The notes under the pieces were generated by a model. The model was not told the DNA's origin, made no database searches, and saw only the letters and a program-made list of their open reading frames with translations. From the NCBI GenBank assembly GCA_964036045.1, contig OZ038378.1, positions 5,890,001 through 5,954,000 of the forward strand: 64,000 bases of DNA. Reading direction: 5' to 3'. A program made the translations under genes and the position numbers. Each line of letters opens with the position of its first letter. Positions within the stretch are counted from its first letter, which is position 1. Positions 12,050-21,699 of the stretch are shown here, in pieces. The stretch comes from Eutreptiella sp. 'Long Island Sound 2002' (Eukaryota; Protista; Euglenida).

Positions 12050-13600
12050 CGTTGCTGGTAGTGAAATTGTCCACTTTCACCATTTGAACCGTTGAAACTT
12101 GAAGGTGAAACTTGCACAACAACCTGCTTGTTGCAATTGCATGATGCCATTCCATCCTAGTTTGTTTTCTCTAGGGTCACTCTCAGTCATGTCAAACATC
12201 CTCAAGAATTTGGATCCGAGCTTAGTTCGTTTCAAGCAATCCCTTCACGCCGGAGGCATGCCGGCTGTGCCACACATGCAGCCCCTTGTTGTAATGACAC
12301 AACCACAACCAAAAGTTGAAGGCATGTTTCCCCTTCATTCACACATTCTCCAACGCCAATGGCTGCACGCTGAGGGCGCCCTTGCACGTGATAAACCCAA
12401 GTGGTCCTGGCTCAACGGCATCACGGTGAAGTGTCTGTTCCGGCGATGTCTGGCACTATGGATGCGGCGTGAAGTCCAATATGATCTGCAAGTGAACGCT
12501 CACTCCTCCTAGTCAACAAAGGCATTCGGGCTAACTGAGTCGGCCAATGTCAAGGCTTTGTGCATCGGCAAGAAGACAGACCCCACGTTCCGAATGACCT
12601 GTCAGGAGTGACGCTATTTTCAGCCGTGGGGACTTTGATGGAGTGGGGCACGCGGAAGCCACGGATGAGTTGTACTGGTGCGGGCAACGGTACTGGCTGT
12701 GGGCCCAGATTCTCTTCTTCCGATTTCAATACCCACGTGGCTGGTTTGATGCAAATGCAAGTTTGCCGGCATACAAACAAGGTCCCGCATCATTGCTGAC
12801 CCATGGTGCCACCATTTCTAGTGGCTATAAAAGGACGAATAGCAACAGGAGGTCATCTACCGCTAGCGACTGCATCAGCGCCGGCCACAGCCATGGGAAT
12901 GGCTTCCCCTCGCCTGCATGATGCTAGCAGCACACCTGACCATGCTGAGTGCTCAGAGGTAACAACCCCATTTGTTGTGTGTCTCCACAGTGAAACGGCG
13001 GTGAAACTGCGATGCCGAGGGGTTAAACAAAATGTATTTCACCAGTGCAAGGCATGGTTTCACAAGTGAAAGTGCTACATGTGATGTTGTGTTCGTTGTT
13101 CTCTCGTGTCACACAACCATCGAATCGGCAGCAGGAGTGACATGGTCGTTAATGATGAGCGAGGGTGTGGTGTTCTAGAGGCTAGCCAGTGGCCTGCGAT
13201 GGGCGTGACGAAGTGGCTGGCATAGAACGGCCACACGGCTGCTGGAAAAGAGATGAAATCGCGCTTGCATTGAGAATTGACCAAAGCCCTCAATCAATTG
13301 GGGGGAATGGGATCAGCAAGGGCCAAGCTGCAAGGGCGGCTTGGCTTGGGGCAGGCAAGGACTTCTGCAAAGAAGTGTAAAGAAGACGAATGATGCACAA
13401 TTAAGACATGTCCAATGCCCCGATGACCTGGCTACCGACGAGTGCATACACAAGACCTTGGATCGGCATACATCCTTGGTGCGCACATGTTTGATCATCG
13501 CTGGACTCTATTGAGTACGATGGCCAGACATTGAAGCTTTGCTATTTCCCACTTCAGCTGGGTGCCACAACCACCATCCACGGTGTGCGGGGTGCACTTG
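12050..13600 (-). pseudogene. Degenerate LINE-type RT remnant
   Basis: Minus strand: GIMQ (~12920), QSLAVDDLLL (~12845-12875, catalytic xDD position) and PGPLGF (GGLG-like, ~12395-12410). Confidence 0.4.
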
Positions 13601-14217
13601 GAGTACCGGTGCCAGCATCGTCGGTAGCGTGCCTTGTTGTGGTTGCAAGTGGAGCACCGTGTTTGCTCCATGATTGATATATGGCATCGTGATGGGCGGG
13701 AACACCTTGAATTGGGTAGCTTTTCTTTCAGGAGACGGTTGCGTACAACACCACCAGACTGCAAGTTGATGTTCACCCCACCACAATGGGTTGGCATTGC
13801 GGGTGGTGTGGGTTCCGACGTCAGGCGTACCGTTGTACCGGTTCCCCCCAATCGCATCTGTATGAGCAGCGAGGATGGACGATGAGACACGATGGGTGAA
13901 TAAACCACAGCCTTGGCTATGCATGGTTCACCATGGTGCACAACGGTAAATCCATGTGGAATGGCATGGTTGCACGTGTATTGCGTGCGTACCTGTGTCC
14001 TGTTTGTCATGCCTGCAGCACTCACCTACTGCCGCAATTGGCTGATGGAAACGGATGGGGGAGGGGGAGAGGCCGAAGGTGCGAATGCAGGTACAAGATG
14101 GGGAGATGGAGAGCAAGCAGATCAAAATCCATGATGAGGGTGCTGTATGTGAAGCCTTGGGAAGCGGCCTAGCGCCAACGAGAAGAATTGCGCGGTGACG
14201 TCCATCGTGTTGCTTAC

Positions 14218-14465
14218 TGTGACGGGTTATGCCCATCCTTGGGTCACCCGCAGCCGCAGGCAGATTTAGGCTTAGGTCGCGATCGCGCGCGGTGCTGAAA
14301 TTCAGGATTTTTAATCAAGAGAAACTGAGATTGTATAGTGCAATTACTGTGTATTATCGCAGGGTATTCTGTTATGAGAGACGGATGAACAATTTCGAAA
14401 CACTGGGAATTATTCAAGATCATTGGTGCAGTGCTGTCCGTGTCGAGGGATATTGGAGATAGAGA
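14218..14465 (+). repeat. 5' direct repeat/LTR (shared 248 bp; full LTR may extend to TGTGACA at 14549-14555)
   Basis: Identical to 17283-17530 except one substitution (AAACACTGGG vs AAACTCTGGG). Confidence 0.95.
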
Positions 14466-14572
14466 ACTCGGTGTGATTTCGTGGTCCTGAATACAAGAGT
14501 TTCGCTGTTCATCTAGGACAGCATTGCGAGAGTTCGTTCCTGGAGTGCTGTGACAGTGAGAGTCCGACGGAG

Positions 14573-15049
14573 ATGCCTGCTACAGTGTATGCTCGTGGTC
14601 TCGCTACGGAGTTGGAGAAGTGTGAAGTTCGACGAATCGTGAACCATGAAGAGAGAAAACAAGCTCGCCAAAAACTTCGCAACGAGAGGTACGCAAGGGC
14701 GTGTGCAAATCTCCTGCCGCCACATTACAAAAGTGTTCACGTTCATGGTCTGAGTGTGGAAGAACAATGGGAATGCGGTTGCGGAGGTGTTCAACAGGCG
14801 CAGGCCATTCAGGCTGATGAAGAGAGCGAGGAGGCCGCCATTCGTGCGGCCAACAGTGAAAAGGAGTCTGCTTGCTCTGCGGCAGCAGGGCACGAAGCCC
14901 AACTGAAGAAGAAGATCCGTCGCGGCGGCTACGGAGCCCGCCGGTGTCAGAGAACAGAAAATCATTCAAGCAAAAATTCTGACCTGAACTTCGTCAGAGA
15001 ACAGAGTCTCAGAGTGCACCCTGAGAGTGCCCAGGCGTGCACCTCGTGA
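14573..15049 (+). CDS. Hypothetical 158-aa protein of the LTR-like element (charged, Ala/Glu-rich; gag position)
   Basis: Intact ATG-started ORF 17 bp after the putative LTR end. No CCHC knuckle or known domain recognised. Confidence 0.5.
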   Translation: MPATVYARGLATELEKCEVRRIVNHEERKQARQKLRNERYARACANLLPPHYKSVHVHGLSVEEQWECGCGGVQQAQAIQADEESEEAAIRAANSEKESACSAAAGHEAQLKKKIRRGGYGARRCQRTENHSSKNSDLNFVREQSLRVHPESAQACTS

Positions 15050-15080
15050 GTGCCCGGGCGTGCACCTCAGGAGTGTCCAA
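15010..15080. repeat. 23-bp tandem repeat (GAGTGCCCRGGCGTGCACCTC)
   Basis: Units at ~15025 and 15048 plus partial flanking copies; spans the ORF stop. Confidence 0.8.
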
Positions 15081-15094
15081 GAAGATCAGTTCAC

Positions 15095-15310
15095 TCAAGC
15101 GCGCTGGCGAAGGCGCTAAAGGTGTGCACGTAGGCGAGAAAGGCAGCGCGGCATTGCTGATCGCTGGCGCCGCTGCAGGAGAGCGCTGACAGTGAGCGCT
15201 GATGCGGAGTGCAGCGCTGCAGGCAAGCGCTTTTGGTCAGCGCTGCGTGCAAGCGCTGAATGACAGCGCACACAACAAGCGCTGCAGGAGAGCGCTGCTG
15301 GAGTCAAAGC
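15095..15310. repeat. Cluster of palindromic AGCGCT/GCGC motifs
   Basis: Many AGCGCT hexamers packed into ~220 bp. Confidence 0.8.
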
Positions 15311-17282
15311 AGTGAAGGAGAGAGGGGCCGGGTTGTGGCAAGGAAGATAAACATAAAGGTTGTGTAGTGTCTTGCGTGTGTTCGTGCACGCTTGCGCAGT
15401 GGAAAGCCACAGAGGTGGCAGTTTTCACTGCATAACCGGGTTTCAGGCTCAGCTCATTCTCAGTTCGTGTCAGATTCATTACCACAATCACTGCTAGGAC
15501 CATCGTAGCACTGGACAGCTCTCTGGGTTGACGCGCGCCTCCCCTGAGCCTCGTGCTTGGGCTGGAAGGCTGTCAGCGCGTTTGCCTTTGTGTGTGTTTT
15601 TTTTTCCAGTGTTTGTCAAGTTTTATTTTTTGTGGCTGAATCTAGCCCAAATGAGCTTGATGGGAAAAACGGGTTTGACACCAAGCACCTTAGGCGCTCA
15701 AAAAGCACTGTTTTTGTGCTCAGTGGCTCACACTGATGTGCAGCCTTGCTTCAGTTTTTTGAATCTGAGGCCTCAGGCCCAGTTTTACACTGGCATGATT
15801 TTGAGCATTTTGCTCAGGAGATGTCAACCCAATTTTGGCTTGTTTTGCTGACAAGAGGAATATTTTTCAAAAAACTTCTGAATTTTTTTTCAGAGTCACA
15901 GTGTGGCTCTTGCTTGTTTCTTAACTCTTTGCTCCTGTTTCAGAGCTAGAGCACGCCTGTGCATCTGCCGGTGCTCTGCTCCCATATCTAATCTATGGGT
16001 AAACTGATTATATTTTTTTTTGTACCCTCCCCACCCACTGTCCCAGTTTGGGACTCATATACTCTGCCACTGCACAGTTTCGTTGCAGAGCCACTGCTCC
16101 TGCAGTGACTCCAGCCCCCCCACTGAGGGCATGCGTGCCTCAGTGGGCACCTACACTCTGGGCCAGGGTGTAGGGGAAAATTCTTCTTTGTTATTTTTTT
16201 TACAAGAGAATTTTGGGGTGCAGGTTTTGCCTGAGGGCAGCACCCCACGGTGGGAGGGGGGAGAGGCCACAACAACATATGTGCTGCAGGCCCGTGTACT
16301 GTTTACTTGCAATTTTTTCTGGGGACGCTCAGGAATTTTTTTACTAATGTATGCACGTGTGCACACTTGCGCATGTGTTTGTTGCATTGTATGCATGCAG
16401 GTTCGTTTGCCCTAACCTTCTGATTTTCTTACCCTTTCTCCTTTGCTTCCCTGTTTCCAGGTCAGTGAGATACGATGGGGATCAATTTTCAGATGTCGAC
16501 ATATCAAAAATACTTTTGGATGAGTCCAGCCAATTCAGGTCTGTGTTCTCGTTTCTGCACCAGCCCCCCCCATACGTCAGCGCTCCTATTTTGTTTCTCT
16601 GTCCTCTGCCTCAGAGTGATGGAGAGAGTGCTACTCAAGATGCTCAGAAGTAATTTAATTTTATATATTACTCAAGGCCGCAGCAGAAGTTTTTTGTATA
16701 TTACCAATAAGGGTCTCTATACCCTCTTGGGCAGTCAGTGTGTATTCACTTTCTTTTTTTGTGCCCTGTTGTTGCTGCTTTTGTGCCTGTTTGTCAATTT
16801 TTTTTTCACACTTCTGAGCAGGGTTTTTTTGGTGCAGGAAATTTTTTTTGGACCAGACAGATGGCATGGACGATAAGTAGAATCACGTAGAGCTGTTTTG
16901 GATTTCAGTTTTTTGGAGAACTGCCCCCCTGAGTTTTAGGCCAGGAGTTTAGAGCAGGATTTTGCTTAGGTGAACTTCTGTTTGCAAACTTTTAGTGCTT
17001 TCTCAGGAATTTTTTCCCATAGTCAGCTGGGTTTTTAGGTGGCAGTGAAACCCCCCCACTCGGAATGGTGTGTGGAGGTACCCGAAAAAAGGTAGAGAGG
17101 CCTTAGTTCAGGACTTCGGGCCTTGGGAGGGATATTGTACATTATCTTGAAGCAGTTTTGCATTTCTGTCGCGATTGGTAATCAATTTTTGGAAAATTTT
17201 TTGCATAAGGCTGTGCATACCCCTGGGTTTCTGTCAGCCCTTGCAGGTGGCCTGGTGGCTGCGGCAAGGGCTTGGCGGGGGG

Positions 17283-17530
17283 TGTGACGGGTTATGCCCA
17301 TCCTTGGGTCACCCGCAGCCGCAGGCAGATTTAGGCTTAGGTCGCGATCGCGCGCGGTGCTGAAATTCAGGATTTTTAATCAAGAGAAACTGAGATTGTA
17401 TAGTGCAATTACTGTGTATTATCGCAGGGTATTCTGTTATGAGAGACGGATGAACAATTTCGAAACTCTGGGAATTATTCAAGATCATTGGTGCAGTGCT
17501 GTCCGTGTCGAGGGATATTGGAGATAGAGA
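17283..17530 (+). repeat. 3' direct repeat/LTR, truncated after 248 bp
   Basis: Matches 14218-14465. It diverges after ...GATAGAGA and runs straight into the long ORF. Confidence 0.95.
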
Positions 17531-18952
17531 CTCCCCAGTCTGGATCAGGACGAGCAGATCGAGAGGCGCACGTGGCGTGTCCCTGCGGGCTACGCAGCTG
17601 TGGGCGCGGTTCGCACCATCATCAAGCTTATCTTTGATGATGGCATCATGGCCGTTTGCCCCGCAAGAGGCATCATTGCCAACCTGACGATGGACCTCAA
17701 CAGGCTCAAGGAGGACCCAATTGCATACCACCCCGCTGCTGCCTACTGCAAGACAGTGCGCAAGCAGCTTGACTCGGCTCCATACAAGGACGCGCTCCCC
17801 CACCTTGCCCAGTACCTGAGCTCCACTGGGAAGCTGCCCACGCTCCTTGCGAGCCCTGCCATGAGGATTGCCATCTCTACAGGCACCACGGCGAGCTGGA
17901 AGGCTCTGTGCGACTCCCTTGCCACAACTGGCGCCACGGATGATCCGAAGGAGACCAAGAAGAAGATCGCAGACGCCGGGGTCAAGGTCCACACTGTTTT
18001 TTATATCAGATTGTTTCACCGTTGCGAAGACAATTTCCAAATGGCTCTTCTGCCCTTCAGTGTGCTTGGCCTGTCCGCCCTCTCTGTCGCGGAACCCGGT
18101 GACACCGCGGAAACTTTACTCGTGAAAGTGCTCGGTGACATCAACAACGGCCTGGAGAAGTTGGGCTGGACTCACCTTTCGGACAGGGGCCTGTCTGAAG
18201 CTGAATTCATCCAAATTCACCCTGTGTGGTACAAGCCAAAGGACGCCGCCCTCACCATCAGGGCTGGTGCGACAGCCAAGGGCGCATTCGCCACGAACCA
18301 GGCCCTGTTCACTCTCGATGCTGGCACCCCAATTGCGATGCAGATTGCCGCAGACTTCCCAGCTGTGCTCAAGGGGCTGATGGCCCGTGAGCCCCTCTGC
18401 GATGAGGCGCTTCTGACTGAGCTCGCATATGGCGCGTGCTTCATCAGGGCATACCTCGTCAAAACAGGCTGCGTCGACAGGGAGTTCGAAGTTGTTGAGA
18501 CTGACCCACCCGATGACGCGGTCATCAGGGCTGCCTTATGGGCCAGAGACCGAAAGCCACCCGCCACTGCAGCGGTCGGCCTCCTGATCCACCACTGCAA
18601 ACTGAAGCATGCTAGCAACCATGCGGTTGGAGGTAGCATGCTGCCAGTCGCTGTGCTCACTGCGTATGCACGGGCGGTCGGCATGCCAGAGCAAACCTTT
18701 AAAGGTGCCCCTAAGAAGGTGCGCAAGGCTGCCACCAGTGCCGTTTACATGAGTGTTCATGCGTTCTCAACGCTCGGTGCGCTTATGCTGGCCCACAACT
18801 CCACTCTACGGGCCGACGCGGAGATGAGGGTCATCGGCCCGCTCACACTTACCATCCATCATCTTGGCTCCCTCACGGCAACATGCAGCCACACACCCTC
18901 TCCGTCGCTCAGCCCTCTAATCACCGCCACCGTGTCCCCCCAACGCCATTGA
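17528..18952 (+). CDS. Stop-free frame, putative negative-strand RNA virus (qinvirus/Chunqiuviricetes-like) nucleocapsid EVE; N-terminus truncated, last ~30 codons read into a neighbouring element
   Basis: Frame is open from 17528 (RLPSLDQDEQIERRTWRV...) and the first in-frame ATG is at 17648. It has GC3-rich codons and no introns or stops, unlike all flanking remnants. C-terminal motifs FIRAYLVKTGCVDREFEVVET, LLIHHCKLKHASNHAVGG and VYMSVHAFSTLGAL resemble, from recall, qin-like N motifs (K+NW..NHH.G; H..ST..L). The ORF is certain; the viral identity is tentative. Confidence 0.55.
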   Translation, partial: RLPSLDQDEQIERRTWRVPAGYAAVGAVRTIIKLIFDDGIMAVCPARGIIANLTMDLNRLKEDPIAYHPAAAYCKTVRKQLDSAPYKDALPHLAQYLSSTGKLPTLLASPAMRIAISTGTTASWKALCDSLATTGATDDPKETKKKIADAGVKVHTVFYIRLFHRCEDNFQMALLPFSVLGLSALSVAEPGDTAETLLVKVLGDINNGLEKLGWTHLSDRGLSEAEFIQIHPVWYKPKDAALTIRAGATAKGAFATNQALFTLDAGTPIAMQIAADFPAVLKGLMAREPLCDEALLTELAYGACFIRAYLVKTGCVDREFEVVETDPPDDAVIRAALWARDRKPPATAAVGLLIHHCKLKHASNHAVGGSMLPVAVLTAYARAVGMPEQTFKGAPKKVRKAATSAVYMSVHAFSTLGALMLAHNSTLRADAEMRVIGPLTLTIHHLGSLTATCSHTPSPSLSPLITATVSPQRH

Positions 18953-19370
18953 ACCCCTCACAACCCCAGCTTGACCCCAACCCCCATCACTCCCGCGCGC
19001 CCCCTCTTCCAAAGGACAGCATGGGGCCCCCTCCCGCACTGAACACACTTCTTGCCGCCTCTGACCATGCAAACTTGCAAAGCATCTTGTAGCCACAGCC
19101 ACACCCGCACTCACTCCCGCTTCCGCTCCCTTCCCAAGTCCACTTGAGCGAGATACCGAGGCGGGGATGTCCTGCGACATCCAACAGCCAAATGGGTTGC
19201 AGTCTCTGGGGCCGGCCCTGAAATGCCCTGGAGTGCAAATGAGCATCATAGTGGCGGTGCAAGAATTGTATGGGGATGTGGCTGGCGCTCGGTGTTCCGC
19301 TAAGGAAGTAGGCTCCTCCTGACCAATGACGCCGCAGGGCAGGCCATCCGCGGCGCCATTCAGCATTAGT
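18860..19370 (-). pseudogene. Non-LTR retroelement fragment abutting the 3' end of the long ORF
   Basis: Composition shifts abruptly to C-rich at ~18855. The minus-strand translation (ATMMLICTPGHFRAGPRDCNPFG) resembles the decayed post-RT/RNase H family seen at 1.2-2.5 and 6.4-7 kb. Confidence 0.4.
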
Positions 19371-19899
19371 AGCTCGCGATGGCCCTTAGGCTGCCGCTGG
19401 CTGAAATCTTGCGGAACCTGCCCATGACTCTATAACTAAAAACAGTTGGGCCACCGTTGATCAAACTCGGACCCAAGAGGGTGGGCGCGTGCGCGTGAGC
19501 CGCGGGGATCAGTTACAATGGCTTCTCCACCTTTTGCTTTCCTCCGTAATTACGGCCCTATAAGACATATCCACATCTATTGTCCCGTAATTTCATTCCC
19601 TATGGTTGAAATGCTAACAGCAAGGGAGACTACCGCAATACGCCTCTTCGTCAAACCACAACTTCTTGATTCACCGTCACGCTCATCTTCCACATTACGT
19701 CGAAAATGGATCAAACTGCGTGTACCATTCCCACAACAGATATTGGTTCCGCCATGAAGGTATTTTCACCCAAAGTCCCTGTGTGCGCTCTCAGCAGCTC
19801 AATGAGTGTCCACTACCAAATGAAATTGGACTCCAACAAGACATTGGACATTCCGTTGATGCAGCAACGATGTCTCAGGCACAAGACTTGGAGAAATTC

Positions 19900-20260
19900 T
19901 CTCGCAGGAGCTACGGGACTCCAAGAACACTCTACGACTCACAGCCAACAACCACACATGCCGTTTATCAACCAGCGAACGGAATTGGAATATCCTTGCC
20001 TTGGATAAAAGAAACAAACTTCGTGAAGACTTACCGGACTTCCGTAACCCTCCGTGATGGGCGGATTATCACTACTGAATGGGGTCAACCGTCAGCGTCG
20101 TTATCGGTTCATGCAGCATCAAAGCCTCAGGTACAATATTCGGAAAAATTTTCCAACTAGGAGCTACGGGACGTCTGCAACACTCTACGACTCACAGTCA
20201 ACAAGCACATGTCGTTTATGAACCGCCGAATTGAATTGGATTATCAGTGCTTTAGATGAA
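19900..20260 (+). repeat. Diverged direct duplication, ~254-bp period
   Basis: GGAGCTACGGGAC...AACACTCTACGACTCACAG occurs at ~19907 and ~20161. Confidence 0.8.
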
Positions 20261-20459
20261 TGATATAAACTCTGAGAGGACGTACCGTACTTTTTGTAGC
20301 CCTCCATGACCTGTACCACCACAACTGCTCATGGCATATGTCAATTGGCTCAAGACGGTGAATCATCATGCAACAACGCACCATCTCTGCATTCATCGTC
20401 GAACTGAAATATCTATAAAGTTTCTCCTTTGGAGTGCCCGCACCGAACTACAGCCAAAC

Positions 20460-21560
20460 TTCAAAACGATGTTCATCCATGTTCATGTGTTATTGGATCT
20501 ATGTGCTGCACAACACATCAAAAGCATGTTAATTTTGTTTTTCATCCATTTACCTCTCCCATTTCATGCACCATCCCCTTTTATCCATTTCCCTTATTTC
20601 CCCATTTTGATCGTTGTTATTGGCCACATTACAACTATCCCTCTGCTCTTTTGCCATGCACCACCTTCCCTTCAAAACGATCTTCATCCATGTTCATGTG
20701 TTATTCCATGCACATCAAAGCATGTTAGTCTTGTTTTTCATCCAATCCCCCTCGTGCATCCATTTATCCTTTTCTTATCCCTTTCTCTTGTTTCCCTACT
20801 TTGATCTTTGTTATTGGCCACTTTAGTTTGCTACTTGGCCATACAAAACTGGGCTGTATTTCATAATGTGTGTTTTCTTCCATCCCATCCTTGGCCATGC
20901 ACAATTTACCCATCAAAAAGTTTGTCCTTAATTTCTCCCTCATATTTCATGCACCATCCATCCATCCCTTTTTTATGCATTTCATTTATTTCCCGATTTT
21001 GATCGTTGTTACTTGCCACTTTAGTTTGCTACTTTGGGTGCTCCTTTGCCATACACCATCTCGCCGTTGCTCACGCTGTGTGTTTTCTTCCATCCCATCC
21101 TTGGCCATGCACAATTTACCCATCAAAACGTTTGTCCTGAATTTCTCCCTCATATTTCATGCACCATCCATCCATCCCTTTTTTATGCATTTCATTTATT
21201 TCCCGATTTTGATCGTTGTTACTTGCCACTTTAGTTTGCTACTTTGGGTGCTCCTTTGCCATACACCATCTCGCCGTTGCTCACGTTGTGTGTTTTCTTC
21301 CATCCCATCCTTTGCCATGCACATTTTACCCATCAAAAAGTTTTTCATTCATTTCTCCTTCCCATGCCATGCACCATTCATCCATCCAAAGCATGTGCAT
21401 CTTCCTCATGTGTTTTTTATTCCTTCCCCACTTTACCATGCACGATCTACCAATCAAAAAATATTTTCATCAGTTATTTCATTCTTGCACATCACATAAC
21501 ATCAAAACCATCTTCCTTTAGGCTTTCATCTATTTTTTTGTCATTTCTCGTATTTCCATG
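20460..21560. repeat. Pyrimidine-rich satellite with 210-bp higher-order unit
   Basis: CATCCCATCCTT(G/T)GCCATGCACA at 20881, 21091 and 21301, with more degenerate subunits upstream. Confidence 0.92.
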
Positions 21561-21699
21561 CTTCCGTATTTGATCAAAAGGTGTGGCACCTGATCTCTTT
21601 GTCTTTTTGCGTGTTGAATTTGGGCACACGCAACACCTCATTTCTCACGGTTCACCGTTGCCTAGGTTTTTACATAGCAATGTACCGGCATCATGACCA

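Larger units (their letters stand above)
14218..17530 (+). mobile_element. Young non-autonomous LTR-retrotransposon-like element (no pol), 3' LTR truncated
   Basis: Direct repeats at 14218-14465 and 17283-17530 both start TGTGAC. A purine tract GGCGGGGGG (17274-17282) abuts the second repeat like a PPT. No RT/IN motifs inside, and no canonical TGG primer-binding site seen. Confidence 0.7.

Noticed and set aside
14229-14462. Identical 77-aa ORF in both direct repeats as a duplicated gene
   Set aside because: It is an incidental frame within the near-identical repeat and ends in the LTR.
14218-17530. DIRS/Ngaro split-repeat element or autonomous LTR retrotransposon
   Set aside because: There are no tyrosine recombinase, RT or integrase motifs and no A-B/A-B repeat arrangement.
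17309-18735. Minus-strand ORFs of 243 and 172 aa
   Set aside because: They are antisense shadows of the GC3-rich plus-strand ORF; one runs through the LTR.
19380-19517. Remainder of the truncated LTR or a solo LTR ending GTTACA
   Set aside because: No similarity to 14466-14555, and no matching TG start or TSD found.
20331-21573. Hydrophobic His/Phe-rich membrane-like ORFs
   Set aside because: They are translations of the 210-bp pyrimidine-rich satellite.
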